From a virus (taxonomy: Duplodnaviria > Caudoviricetes): a stretch of 30,472 bases of DNA. The notes beneath the pieces are model-generated. The model was not told the origin of the DNA. It saw nothing but the letters and a program-made list of their open reading frames with translations, and did no database searches. The stretch spans positions 1-30,472 of the IMG/VR virus record IMGVR_UViG_3300043391_000022; one strand, 5' to 3'. The position numbers were made by a program, and so were the translations under genes. Positions 7,951-17,164 of this stretch are shown in pieces (positions within the stretch are counted from its first letter, which is position 1; every line of letters starts with the position of its first letter).

Positions 7951-8187
7951 ATGATCAAATTGGATGGTTATGATGATGCGATTGTTGGGCCTGCGATGAT
8001 TTGGGTGGATAAGGAGAGTGTTGATGTATTGGTATACGACGCTGAGACTATCAGGGAGATCTTGATGAGTAGGGATGGTATGGGGTCTGATGAGGCTCGG
8101 GAGTTTATTGAGTTCAATATTGAGGGTGCATATATGGGGCTGGGTACACCTATTTTGGTGTGGCCGGAGGATGTATGGAGCGAGTAA
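7951..8187 (+). CDS. acidic hypothetical phage protein (78 aa)
   Basis: DGYDDAIVG...EAREFIEFNIEGAYMG..TP; AAGGA RBS. Confidence 0.8.
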   Translation: MIKLDGYDDAIVGPAMIWVDKESVDVLVYDAETIREILMSRDGMGSDEAREFIEFNIEGAYMGLGTPILVWPEDVWSE

Positions 8188-8216
8188 GGGATGTGGATGG
8201 TGGGATGGAGAGATTG

Positions 8217-8441
8217 ATGACGCCAAAGCAGAAGATGATATTTTTGTGTGTGGACGAGTACTGGAAGAGGTTTGGGTATGGTCCGTCGATTGATGACATT
8301 ATGAGGTTGACGGGGGACCGTGGGAGGGGGAATGTGAACAGAGTGTTGAAGAAGCTGTGTGTGTTGGGGGTGTGTAAGAGGGTGCCTAATACGGCGAGAT
8401 CGGTGAGGCCGGTGTATATAAATTTCAGGAAAATTGAGTGA
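8217..8441 (+). CDS. LexA-type winged-HTH DNA-binding protein without peptidase domain
   Basis: MTPKQKMIF..VDEYWKRFGYGPSIDDIM...LG..KRVPNTARSV resembles the LexA N-terminal domain; GGAG RBS before 8217. Confidence 0.8.
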   Translation: MTPKQKMIFLCVDEYWKRFGYGPSIDDIMRLTGDRGRGNVNRVLKKLCVLGVCKRVPNTARSVRPVYINFRKIE

Positions 8442-9940
8442 TGCAAAATATTGATGCGATTGCAAAGGCTATAGCTCAATTGCCGGTGAATGTGCAGGAG
8501 CAGGTGTTTGATGATTTGTTTGAGTTGAAGAGGGCAAAGAAGAGGGAAGAGGCGCAGGCTTCGTTCGCTAAGTTTGTGAAAGCGATGTGGCCGGGGTTTA
8601 TTGATGGACGCCACCATAAGGTAATGGCGAAGAAGTTTGAAGAGATTGCTGCGGGGAAGTTAAAGAGGTTGATTATCAATATGCCGCCTCGGCACACGAA
8701 GTCGGAGTTTGCTTCTTTTCTTTTGCCGAGTTGGTTTTTGGGGAAGTACCCGAACAAGAAGATTATCCAGTCATCCAATACATCTGAGCTGGCCGTGGGG
8801 TTTGGCCGCAAGGTGAGGAACTTGGTGGACAGTGAAGCTTATTCCGATATCTTCCCGAATGTTTCTTTGAGGGCTGACTCCAAGGCTGCGGGGCGGTGGG
8901 CGACGAATGCTAACGGGGAGTATTTTGCGATTGGTGTTGGAGGTACGGTAACGGGTAAGGGCGCTGATCTTTTAATTATTGACGACCCACACTCTGAGCA
9001 AGAAGCCAAGTTAGCGCAGTCTAACTCTGAAGTGTTTGATCAAGTCTATGAGTGGTACACCTCTGGGCCTCGGCAGCGACTTCAGCCGGGAGGGGCGATT
9101 GTTGTTGTTATGACGAGGTGGTCAAAGAAAGATTTGACGGGCCGGATCTTACAGTCGATGGTGGATAAGGATGGTGAGACTTGGGATGTGATTGAGTTCC
9201 CTGCAATTTTGCCGAGTGGAAATCCTTTGTGGCCGGAGTTCTGGAGCTTGGAAGAATTGATGGCTCTGAAGCTGGAGCTGCCTGCGGCAAAATGGAATGC
9301 TCAGTACCAACAGACACCTACTGCTGAAGAGGGTGCAATTGTTAAGAGAGAGTGGTGGAAGCTGTGGAAAGAGGACCGGCCTCCTCGGTGTGAGTTTGTT
9401 ATTCAGTCTTGGGATACGGCGTTTACCAAAAGTGAAAGGTCGGACTATTCGGCTTGTACGACATGGGGGGTGTTTTACATGAATGAGAACGAAAATGACC
9501 CGCACGTTATTTTGCTGGATGCTTTTAAGAAGAGGATGGAGTTTCCAGAGCTGAAGGAAAAGGCGTTTAACCACTATAAAGATTGGGAGCCGGACGCATT
9601 TATTGTTGAAGCCAAGGCGTCTGGTGCGCCGTTAATCTTTGAGTTAAGGCAGATGGGGATTCCTGTGAGTGAATTTACACCCAGCAGAGGGAATGATAAG
9701 ATGGTCAGGATAAATTCTGTTTCCGATTTGTTTGCGAGCGGTAAGGTTTGGGCACCTGAAACACGGTGGGCAGATGAGTTAATGGAAGAGATGGCTGCGT
9801 TTCCAAATTCGGACCATGATGACTTGGTGGACTCGACCACTCAGGCTTTAATTCGGTTCCGCAAGGGCGGCTTCCTTAGACTAGAATCTGACGAACGCGA
9901 TGAAGTGCAATCTTTTCGCCGTAAAAATGTTTACTATTAA
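8438..9940 (+). CDS. terL: terminase large subunit
   Basis: INMPPRHTKS Walker A, GADLLIIDD Walker B, VMTRW motif C, QSWDTA nuclease Asp, HDDLVDS. Confidence 0.96.
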   Translation: MMQNIDAIAKAIAQLPVNVQEQVFDDLFELKRAKKREEAQASFAKFVKAMWPGFIDGRHHKVMAKKFEEIAAGKLKRLIINMPPRHTKSEFASFLLPSWFLGKYPNKKIIQSSNTSELAVGFGRKVRNLVDSEAYSDIFPNVSLRADSKAAGRWATNANGEYFAIGVGGTVTGKGADLLIIDDPHSEQEAKLAQSNSEVFDQVYEWYTSGPRQRLQPGGAIVVVMTRWSKKDLTGRILQSMVDKDGETWDVIEFPAILPSGNPLWPEFWSLEELMALKLELPAAKWNAQYQQTPTAEEGAIVKREWWKLWKEDRPPRCEFVIQSWDTAFTKSERSDYSACTTWGVFYMNENENDPHVILLDAFKKRMEFPELKEKAFNHYKDWEPDAFIVEAKASGAPLIFELRQMGIPVSEFTPSRGNDKMVRINSVSDLFASGKVWAPETRWADELMEEMAAFPNSDHDDLVDSTTQALIRFRKGGFLRLESDERDEVQSFRRKNVYY

Positions 9941-9948
9941 GGCACACT

Positions 9949-12405
9949 ATGAGCATTGAACAATCAATTAGTCAAGCGCCCTTGGGTTTGGACAGTCTCT
10001 TACAAGATGAAGGCCCGGGGATCGAGATCCAAATTGAAAATCCAGAGGGCGTGCAAATTGGCTTCGACGGCATGGAGATTGATTTAATGCCAGAAGCCGA
10101 TGAGATGGATTTTGACGGCAACTTGGCTGAAGAGATGTCTGGTGGGGAATTACAAAAAGTAGCCAGCGACATTGTTGAGATGGTGGATGCTGACATTAAC
10201 AGTCGCAAAGACTGGGTTGAGATGTATGTAAAGGGCTTGGAAGTCCTTGGCATGAAGTACGAAGAGCGCACTGAGCCGTGGAATGGCGCTTGCGGTGTGT
10301 ACTCAACAATCTTGACCGAATCTGCTATCCGATTCCAGAGTGAAACGATTTTAGAGACCTTCCCTGCGGCTGGCCCAGTCAAGACTGAGATCATTGGCGC
10401 TATTGATAAGCTGAAAGAAGACGCAGCCGAGCGAGTTCGTGATGACATGAACTACCAATTGACTGAAGCAATGCCTGAATACCGGCCAGAGCATGAAAGA
10501 TTGCTGTATTCATTGGGTTTAGCCGGCGCGGCGTTTAAGAAAATCTACTTTGACCCCGGTTACGACCGTCAAATGGCTACGTTTATACCGGCTGAAGACG
10601 TAATCATCCCTTACGGAGCTTCAAGTTTGTTCAATGCAGAGCGTGTTACCCACGTTATGCGTAAAACAAAGAACGAAATTAAAAAATTACAAGTTTCTGG
10701 CTTCTATTTGGACGTAGAACTGGGTGAGCCGGTCACTATTCACACTGATGTAGAGAAAAAGAAGGCCGAAGACCAAGGTTACAGCCTGACTGACGATGAC
10801 CGCTACCAGATTTTGGAAGTCCACATCGACTATGACCTACCCGGCTACGAAGATGAAGACGGAATTGCTCTTCCATACGTGATTACGATTGATCGCGGCA
10901 CAAATGAAGTGCTGGCTATCCGTAGAAACTGGGAAGAAGACGATGAGCGCAAGGTTAAGCGCGAACATTTCGTTCAATACACGTACATACCGGGCTTTGG
11001 TGCCTATGGATTGGGTTTGATTCACCTGATTGGTGGTTATGCACGGGCTGGAACCAGCATTATTCGCCAATTGGTGGATGCTGGAACGCTGTCTAACCTG
11101 CCGGGCGGCTTAAAAGCGCGTGGTTTGCGCATTAAAGGCGACGATACACCTATTGCTCCGGGTGAATGGCGCGATGTAGACGTTCCCGGTGGTTCGGTGC
11201 GTGACAACATCATGCCGTTGCCGTACAAAGAGCCAAGCCAAGTTCTGATGAGTCTGCTCAACCAAATTACCGAAGAAGGCCGTCGTTTGGGATCTATTGC
11301 TGATATGAACATCAGTGATATGAGTGCTAATGCTCCAGTAGGTACGACTTTGGCGTTGCTTGAGCGCCAGCTTAAGAACATGTCGGCTGTGCAGGCCCGA
11401 GTTCACTTCTCAATGAAGCAAGAATTCAAACTGCTACGCGACATTATCCGAGACCACACCCCGGGCGAGTACGCCTACAACCCGATTGAAGGTTCCCGCA
11501 AAGCCAAGCGCAAAGATTACGACATGGTGGATGTTATCCCTGTGTCTGATCCCAATAGCTCGACAATGGCCCAGCGGATCATGCAGTATCAGGCGGTTAT
11601 TCAGTTAGCCCAAGGTGCTCCGCAGATTTACAACCTCCCACAGTTGCACCGCCAGATGATTGAGGTGCTGGGTATCAAGAACGCCGATAAGTTAGTTCCG
11701 ATTGACGACGATCAATTGCCAAAAGACCCAATCAGCGAAAACATGGGGTTTTTGACTGGCAAGCCGCAGAAAGCTTTTATCTACCAAGACCATGACGCAC
11801 ACATTGGTGCCCATACTTCGATGATGCAAGACCCCAAGGTGATGGGTCAGATCGGCCAAAACCCAATGGCCCAGCAAATCCAAGCGGCCATCATGGCTCA
11901 CATTGCAGAGCACGTTGCATTCCAGTATCGCAACGGTGTGCAAGAACAACTGGGTGCCACACTGCCTGAACCTAATGCTGAGTTGTCTAAAGAAGTGGAA
12001 GTTCAGTTGTCCAAGTTGGTAGCTAAAGCTTCTGCTCAATTAACTCAATTGAATAAAGGACAGGCCGCGCAGCAACAGGCTCAACAGCAGATGCAAGACC
12101 CTCTTGTACAAATGCAACAGGCTGAATTGCAAATTAAACAGCAAGAAGTTCAGATCAAAGCGCAAAAAGTGCAGGGCGAATTGCAACTGCAAGCGCAAGA
12201 GCTGCAAATGAAGCAGCAAGAGATGATGATGAAGAATGGTGAATCTCCTGAAATGATTGCGGCTCGTCATGATCAGGAAATGCAGCAACAACTTCAACGT
12301 CATCAAATGGAGTTGATGCAATCACAACAAGTGCATCAACAAAAGTTAAGCCAAGCAGATCAGGCCGCACAGGCTAAAGCCCAGCAGATGGCTCAAAGGG
12401 GTTAA
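9949..12405 (+). CDS. portal protein with Gln-rich C-terminal coiled coil
   Basis: 818 aa directly after terL; podovirus-type portal size; Q-rich barrel-like tail. Confidence 0.9.
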   Translation: MSIEQSISQAPLGLDSLLQDEGPGIEIQIENPEGVQIGFDGMEIDLMPEADEMDFDGNLAEEMSGGELQKVASDIVEMVDADINSRKDWVEMYVKGLEVLGMKYEERTEPWNGACGVYSTILTESAIRFQSETILETFPAAGPVKTEIIGAIDKLKEDAAERVRDDMNYQLTEAMPEYRPEHERLLYSLGLAGAAFKKIYFDPGYDRQMATFIPAEDVIIPYGASSLFNAERVTHVMRKTKNEIKKLQVSGFYLDVELGEPVTIHTDVEKKKAEDQGYSLTDDDRYQILEVHIDYDLPGYEDEDGIALPYVITIDRGTNEVLAIRRNWEEDDERKVKREHFVQYTYIPGFGAYGLGLIHLIGGYARAGTSIIRQLVDAGTLSNLPGGLKARGLRIKGDDTPIAPGEWRDVDVPGGSVRDNIMPLPYKEPSQVLMSLLNQITEEGRRLGSIADMNISDMSANAPVGTTLALLERQLKNMSAVQARVHFSMKQEFKLLRDIIRDHTPGEYAYNPIEGSRKAKRKDYDMVDVIPVSDPNSSTMAQRIMQYQAVIQLAQGAPQIYNLPQLHRQMIEVLGIKNADKLVPIDDDQLPKDPISENMGFLTGKPQKAFIYQDHDAHIGAHTSMMQDPKVMGQIGQNPMAQQIQAAIMAHIAEHVAFQYRNGVQEQLGATLPEPNAELSKEVEVQLSKLVAKASAQLTQLNKGQAAQQQAQQQMQDPLVQMQQAELQIKQQEVQIKAQKVQGELQLQAQELQMKQQEMMMKNGESPEMIAARHDQEMQQQLQRHQMELMQSQQVHQQKLSQADQAAQAKAQQMAQRG

Positions 12406-12605
12406 TGATGGAAACAAAAATCTTTGAAATCCTTAACAACAAGTTTGAAGAGGAAGTCAGAAGCGTAATACAAGTTTTGAGTGATGGTGGAGCTAAATCC
12501 TACGATCACTACAAAGAGTTGAGCGGAATTATCCGAGGTCTCCGAACCGCTCAACGTGAACTCGGTGACCTCGTGCGTAAATTAAAGGACTCTGACGATG
12601 ACTGA
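12405..12605 (+). CDS. small helical protein downstream of portal
   Basis: TAATG overlap with portal; YKELSGIIRGL motif. Confidence 0.75.
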   Translation: MMETKIFEILNNKFEEEVRSVIQVLSDGGAKSYDHYKELSGIIRGLRTAQRELGDLVRKLKDSDDD

Positions 12606-12996
12606 ATTTGATGTAAGTGCGATTGACCTTTCAGGTGTGCTTAATACCACCACTGAAGAAAAGGCAAAGCAAGTACCTGATCCGGCAACCTATCACCTTC
12701 TGTGCATGCTTCCTGATGCAGAAGAGGAATACGAAGGTGGCTTATTGAAAGCAAAAGAAACCATGCATTACGAGGAGCTTCTCTCCCCCGTATTGTTTGT
12801 AGCCAAGATTGGCCCTGATGCTTTTCAAGACAAGACACGCTTCCCATCTGGCCCATCTTGTAAAGTTGGAGATTTTATTTTGGTTCGGCCTAACACCGGC
12901 ACCCGCATGAAAATCCACGGTACTGAATGGCGCTTGATTAACGATGACTCAGTGCAAGCTGTTGTGCAAGACCCTCGCGGCATCCAACGCCCATAA
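12598..12996 (+). CDS. groES: GroES-like co-chaperonin
   Basis: Mobile loop EEEYEGGLL, VAKIGPD, CKVGDFIL, RLINDDSVQAVV. Confidence 0.85.
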   Translation: MTEFDVSAIDLSGVLNTTTEEKAKQVPDPATYHLLCMLPDAEEEYEGGLLKAKETMHYEELLSPVLFVAKIGPDAFQDKTRFPSGPSCKVGDFILVRPNTGTRMKIHGTEWRLINDDSVQAVVQDPRGIQRP

Positions 12997-13005
12997 GGAA
13001 TCATC

Positions 13006-13965
13006 ATGGCCGAAATTGAAAAAACAGAATTTGAGTTTCCCGACATGGCTGAGGAAAAGAACTCTCGCGCAGGCGGCAGGGTTGTAACCCCGGACAATGA
13101 CGATAAACCAGAAATTGAGGTAGTGGATGACACTCCCTTAGCAGATCGTAACCGTAGTCCGATGGTGGAACCACCAAAGGAATTTAACGATGACGAACTA
13201 ACCAAATATGACGAGAGCGTTCAAAAGCGCATCAAGCATTTCACCAAGGGTTATCACGAAGAGCGCCGCGCAAAAGAATCGGCTCAACGTGAAAAAGAAG
13301 AAGCAATTCGAATAGCTCAAGCCGTAATGGCCGAGAACAATCAGCTCAAAGGTTCTGTTAATCAAAACCAAACTGCGCTGCTTGAACAGGCCAAACGGGT
13401 TGTTGGTAATGAAGTAGATGATGCCAAGCGCATGTACAAGGAAGCCTATGAATCTGGCGATTCAGATAAACTCTTGGAAGCGCAAGAAGCTCTTACAAAT
13501 GCAAAGATCAGGGCGGATAAAGTTAACAACTTTCGTCCAACGCCTTTACAAGTACGGGAAACTCCTGTACAAATCGAGTCACGGCCAACCAGAGCCGCTC
13601 CTGTTGATGAAAAACTACTTGCATGGCAAGATAACAATCAGTGGTTTGGAAGCAACAAGCGCATGACTGCCTATGCTTTAGGCCTTCATGAAGATTTGGT
13701 TGGCGAAGGAATTCCTGCTGGCAGCGAAGAATACTATCGACGTATCGACTCTGACATCAGGTCAAGATTCTCGGATCAGTTTGGAACCGATGAGTCCGTT
13801 GATGCTAAACCTCAACGCACTAAATCCAACAATGTTGCACCTGCGACGAGAAGCACAGCGCCTAAAAAGATCGTGCTTAATCAATCGCAAGTGAATATCG
13901 CTAAGCGGCTTGGTGTTCCTTTGGAACTCTATGCTCGTAAAGTTGCTGAAGAAATGAGGAAATGA
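13006..13965 (+). CDS. capsid scaffolding protein
   Basis: Acidic N-terminus, long coiled coil, C-terminal IAKRLGVPLELYAR; position before the capsid genes. Confidence 0.75.
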   Translation: MAEIEKTEFEFPDMAEEKNSRAGGRVVTPDNDDKPEIEVVDDTPLADRNRSPMVEPPKEFNDDELTKYDESVQKRIKHFTKGYHEERRAKESAQREKEEAIRIAQAVMAENNQLKGSVNQNQTALLEQAKRVVGNEVDDAKRMYKEAYESGDSDKLLEAQEALTNAKIRADKVNNFRPTPLQVRETPVQIESRPTRAAPVDEKLLAWQDNNQWFGSNKRMTAYALGLHEDLVGEGIPAGSEEYYRRIDSDIRSRFSDQFGTDESVDAKPQRTKSNNVAPATRSTAPKKIVLNQSQVNIAKRLGVPLELYARKVAEEMRK

Positions 13966-14420
13966 AAATGGAAAAAGCTGTACGTCCAAGTCGTGATCTT
14001 GAAACCCGCGAAACCGTGGAACGTCCAAAACAATGGATGCCTCCACAACTCCTACCCGATCCAAACCCGGAACCCGGTTATGCATTTCGTTGGATTAGGA
14101 TCAGCACTTTAAACAAGGCTGACGCCACTAATCTTTCCGCCAAGTTACGTGAAGGCTGGGAACCCGTTAAGGCTTCTGACCATCCCGAGATTCGCCTTTT
14201 TGGAACGACCAACGGTCAATTCCAAGACAGTGTGGAAGTCGGCGGTTTGTTGCTTTGCAAAACCCCGGTGGAGTTTACTGAGCAGCGTGATGCGTATTAC
14301 CGCCAACAGGCAGAGGCGCAAATGCAATCAGTGGATAACACCTTCATGCGCGAGAATGATCCCCGGATGCCTATGTTCAAAGAACGTAGCTCTAAGGTCA
14401 CTTTCGGTAAAGGTATTTAA
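13962..14420 (+). CDS. head-module protein of unknown function
   Basis: GYAFRWIR, REGWEPV and VGGLLLCK motifs; ATGA overlap with scaffold. Confidence 0.75.
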   Translation: MKMEKAVRPSRDLETRETVERPKQWMPPQLLPDPNPEPGYAFRWIRISTLNKADATNLSAKLREGWEPVKASDHPEIRLFGTTNGQFQDSVEVGGLLLCKTPVEFTEQRDAYYRQQAEAQMQSVDNTFMRENDPRMPMFKERSSKVTFGKGI

Positions 14421-14438
14421 TCTTTTTGGAGTCTTCAG

Positions 14439-15053
14439 ATGGCATATCCTACCATTGACAAGACGTATGGCTTTAAACCACTCAATCGACTTGATGGTTT
14501 GCCTTACGCCGGAGCGATCCGTCAAATCCCCGTGGCAGCAGCTTACGCTACTGCAATCCTGAATGGTGATACCGTTCAAGTGGATACAAACGGCTACCTC
14601 GTAGCTGCTACTACCACCAACTCCGGTAACATCATTGGTGTGTTGGTTGGTTGCTCGTATGTGAACTCGTCTGGTCAGCCAGTGCAAGGTCAGTACTACC
14701 CCGCAGCTCAATCGACTTCTACTGCATTGGCTTTTGCCTATGTTGTGGATGATCCAAGTGCTATTTTTAAAGTGTGTGCCACTGTGGCCGCTGGAACAAC
14801 TCCTACAGCTTATAGCCGTGCGATTGTTGGTTCTAACGTAGCTTTGGTTGCTGGCGCAGGTTCTACCACCACTGGTGATTCTGCCTACGGTATTGACGGT
14901 TCTTCCGCCAACACCACCAATACACTACCCGTCCGCGTGGTTGACGTTGTTCCTGATACTGCAACTGGCGCTGCCAACGTTGCTGCTACCACGTACTACG
15001 AGTTCCTCGTGAAGTTCAACACCGCCCAGTACAACAGTACTACCGGTATCTAA
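14439..15053 (+). CDS. capsid decoration/cement protein (putative)
   Basis: A/T/G/V-rich beta protein immediately before the MCP; GGAG RBS. Confidence 0.65.
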   Translation: MAYPTIDKTYGFKPLNRLDGLPYAGAIRQIPVAAAYATAILNGDTVQVDTNGYLVAATTTNSGNIIGVLVGCSYVNSSGQPVQGQYYPAAQSTSTALAFAYVVDDPSAIFKVCATVAAGTTPTAYSRAIVGSNVALVAGAGSTTTGDSAYGIDGSSANTTNTLPVRVVDVVPDTATGAANVAATTYYEFLVKFNTAQYNSTTGI

Positions 15054-15064
15054 GGAGCTAAATC

Positions 15065-15976
15065 ATGGCTATTTCACGCGCACAACTGCTCAAGGAATTG
15101 CTCCCCGGTCTGAACGCTTTGTTCGGCTTGGAGTACGCTAAATACGGCGAAGAGCACAAAGAAATCTACGAAACAGAGACATCTGAGCGTAGCTTTGAAG
15201 AAGAAACGAAACTGTCTGGTTTCTCTGCTGCACCTGTTAAGAACGAAGGCTCTGCCATCGCTTATGACAATGCACAGGAAGCATGGACTGCTCGTTACAC
15301 CCACGAAACCATTGCAATGGGCTTCTCCATCACGGAAGAAGCAGTGGAAGACAACTTGTATGACTCGTTGTCCAGCCGCTACACCAAAGCTCTGGCCCGT
15401 GGTATGGCTTACACCAAGCAAGTTAAATCTGCTTATGTGTTGAACAACGCATTTACTGGTGGCCCTACTTACGGTGACGGCGTGGTTCTGTGTTCTACTG
15501 CTCACCCGCTGGTGTCTGGTGGTACTAACAGCAACCGTCCTTCCACTGGCGCTGACTTGAATGAAACATCGTTGGAAAACGCTGTTATTCAAATCGCGGC
15601 TTGGACAGACGAGCGCGGTCTTTTGATCGCTGCTAAGCCTAAGAAATTAATCGTTCCTCCATCTTTGATGTTCGTTGCAACTCGTCTCCTAGAGACTGAA
15701 TTGCGCGTCGGCACAACCGACAACGACATCAACGCCTTGAAGAACAACGGTTCAATTCCTGAAGGCTATTGCGTTAACCACTTCTTGACAGACACCAACG
15801 CTTGGTTCTTGTTGACTGACGTGCCAAACGGCCTGAAGCATTTCATTCGTACTCCGCTGCAAAACAGCATGGACGGCGACTTTGACACAGGTAACGTTCG
15901 TTACAAAGCCCGTGAGCGTTACAGCTTCGGCGTGTCTGACCCATTGGGCATCTTCGGATCACCCGGTTCGTCCTAA
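15065..15976 (+). CDS. major capsid protein (Mu gpT-like, HK97 fold)
   Basis: MAISRAQLLKELLPGLNALFG, KPKKLIVPP, DGDFDTGNVRYKARERYSFG; TAAGGAG RBS; followed by terminator. Confidence 0.92.
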   Translation: MAISRAQLLKELLPGLNALFGLEYAKYGEEHKEIYETETSERSFEEETKLSGFSAAPVKNEGSAIAYDNAQEAWTARYTHETIAMGFSITEEAVEDNLYDSLSSRYTKALARGMAYTKQVKSAYVLNNAFTGGPTYGDGVVLCSTAHPLVSGGTNSNRPSTGADLNETSLENAVIQIAAWTDERGLLIAAKPKKLIVPPSLMFVATRLLETELRVGTTDNDINALKNNGSIPEGYCVNHFLTDTNAWFLLTDVPNGLKHFIRTPLQNSMDGDFDTGNVRYKARERYSFGVSDPLGIFGSPGSS

Positions 15977-16004
15977 TAAAACAGCCCCACAAGGGCAAGT
16001 TTGG

Positions 16005-16030
16005 AGGCCACTTTCGGGTGGCCTTTTTAT
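16005..16030 (+). terminator. rho-independent terminator
   Basis: aggccact-ttcg-ggtggcct followed by T tract. Confidence 0.9.
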
Positions 16031-16033
16031 TTG

Positions 16034-16062
16034 TTGCAACAGTTTAAACAACGTGTTATAAA
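16034..16062 (+). promoter_or_regulatory. sigma70-like promoter
   Basis: TTGCAA (16034-39), 17 nt, TG-n-TATAAA (16057-62); predicted start about 16068-70. Confidence 0.7.
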
Positions 16063-16067
16063 TACGC

Positions 16068-16145
16068 ATCCGGGCTTTCCGGTGTGTCAAACTGTCCCGG
16101 CAGACATCATGCAAGATTGACGCACCTTTAACTGCATGAAGGAAA
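16068..16145 (+). ncRNA. multi-pseudoknot RNA, candidate Mu-gpT-DE-like motif
   Basis: Four interleaved helices: ccggg/cccgg, ggtgtgtcaa/ttgacgcacc, ctg/cag, tcatgca/tgcatga; directly downstream of a Mu-gpT-like MCP gene. Confidence 0.7.
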
Positions 16146-16149
16146 TATC

Positions 16150-16614
16150 ATGGGATTCGCAACTCACCTTGGCCCTTGGCTCTTGGGCACAACCAAAAAC
16201 ACAACTGGCACAACCGCCGCAACTACTCGTAACACGGGTTGCGCCATCGTATCTCAGTCTGCAAACGTAGTGTTTGGTACATTGACCGGCAACGCTATTG
16301 CCGTCCCTGCTGGCGCACAAATTACATCAATTAAAGTTGTTACCACAACCGTGTTTAGCGCAGCCACTACGTTGTTGTTAAGCATTGGTGGTACAGCGTT
16401 TACGACCACAGGCACTATTACAGCAGTTGGCAGTGTAAATTTGGAAGCAAATGCAACTACCCCCACCAATTGGTTAAATGTGGGTTCTACGGACACCTTC
16501 ATTACCTACACGTTGGCAGGCACGTCTTTGACCACCGGCGCTGCTACGATCATCATTAACTACTCAGTTCGTGATTCCGACGGCAATCAATCCCAGCCTG
16601 CCCAACAACAGTAA
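16150..16614 (+). CDS. Thr-rich virion structural protein
   Basis: MGFATHLGPWLLGT; beta-rich; AAGGA RBS. Confidence 0.7.
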   Translation: MGFATHLGPWLLGTTKNTTGTTAATTRNTGCAIVSQSANVVFGTLTGNAIAVPAGAQITSIKVVTTTVFSAATTLLLSIGGTAFTTTGTITAVGSVNLEANATTPTNWLNVGSTDTFITYTLAGTSLTTGAATIIINYSVRDSDGNQSQPAQQQ

Positions 16615-16622
16615 TTGATCTT

Positions 16623-16642
16623 GGGGGCTTCGGCCCCCGTTT
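16623..16642 (+). terminator. GC hairpin with UUCG loop (weak terminator or stabiliser)
   Basis: gggggc-ttcg-gccccc followed by gttt. Confidence 0.6.
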
Positions 16643-16657
16643 ACAAGGAGATTGATT

Positions 16658-17164
16658 ATGAATCAGACCAACGTACAACAAGCGCACCTAAACGGTAGCG
16701 GGTTCTTGGTTCTTGGGCGAAATCGCATCAAAGGCATTTCATTTGTAGGAACAAGTTCTGCTGGGTTTGTGGCTTTGTTTGATACAACAACTGCGCCTGT
16801 AACCACAGCTACTTATGGCCGTTCTGGTACAACCGTTACGATTACGCAAGCTTCCCACGGGTTTACAACAGGTCAGACAATCGGTATTGACTTTGCGGCA
16901 GGTACAGGTGGCACGGCTACTAACGGAAACTACGTAGTAACCGTTACCAACTCAAGCACTTTTACCGTTACGGACATTAACTCTGGAACCATCACTGCTT
17001 CCCCAACGCTTGTTTACTCAAGCAAATGGCTGTTGAGTTATGACGTAAGCGCCAGCGATACATACAACAACTCTCCATTTATCTCTGATGATGGCGTGTT
17101 GGCTGCAAACGGCATTTATGCCTATCTGTCTAACGTAGCCGCTTGCAACATTTATTATGGCTGA
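16658..17164 (+). CDS. virion protein with Thr-rich beta domain
   Basis: AAGGAG RBS; internal TVTITQASHGFTTGQTI...GNYVVTVTNSSTFTV module. Confidence 0.7.
   Translation: MNQTNVQQAHLNGSGFLVLGRNRIKGISFVGTSSAGFVALFDTTTAPVTTATYGRSGTTVTITQASHGFTTGQTIGIDFAAGTGGTATNGNYVVTVTNSSTFTVTDINSGTITASPTLVYSSKWLLSYDVSASDTYNNSPFISDDGVLAANGIYAYLSNVAACNIYYG

Noticed and set aside
7912-8617. His/Pro-rich - strand ORFs
   Set aside because: Artefact of the strong G/T skew; the + strand genes are well supported.
12040-12400. Gln-rich low-complexity tract
   Set aside because: Expected coiled-coil barrel of podovirus-type portals.
16070-16140. HDV-like/theta ribozyme reading of this RNA and of the 27334 RNA
   Set aside because: Helix order differs and the P1.1 GG and catalytic J4/2 strand cannot be placed; no hammerhead or twister core either.
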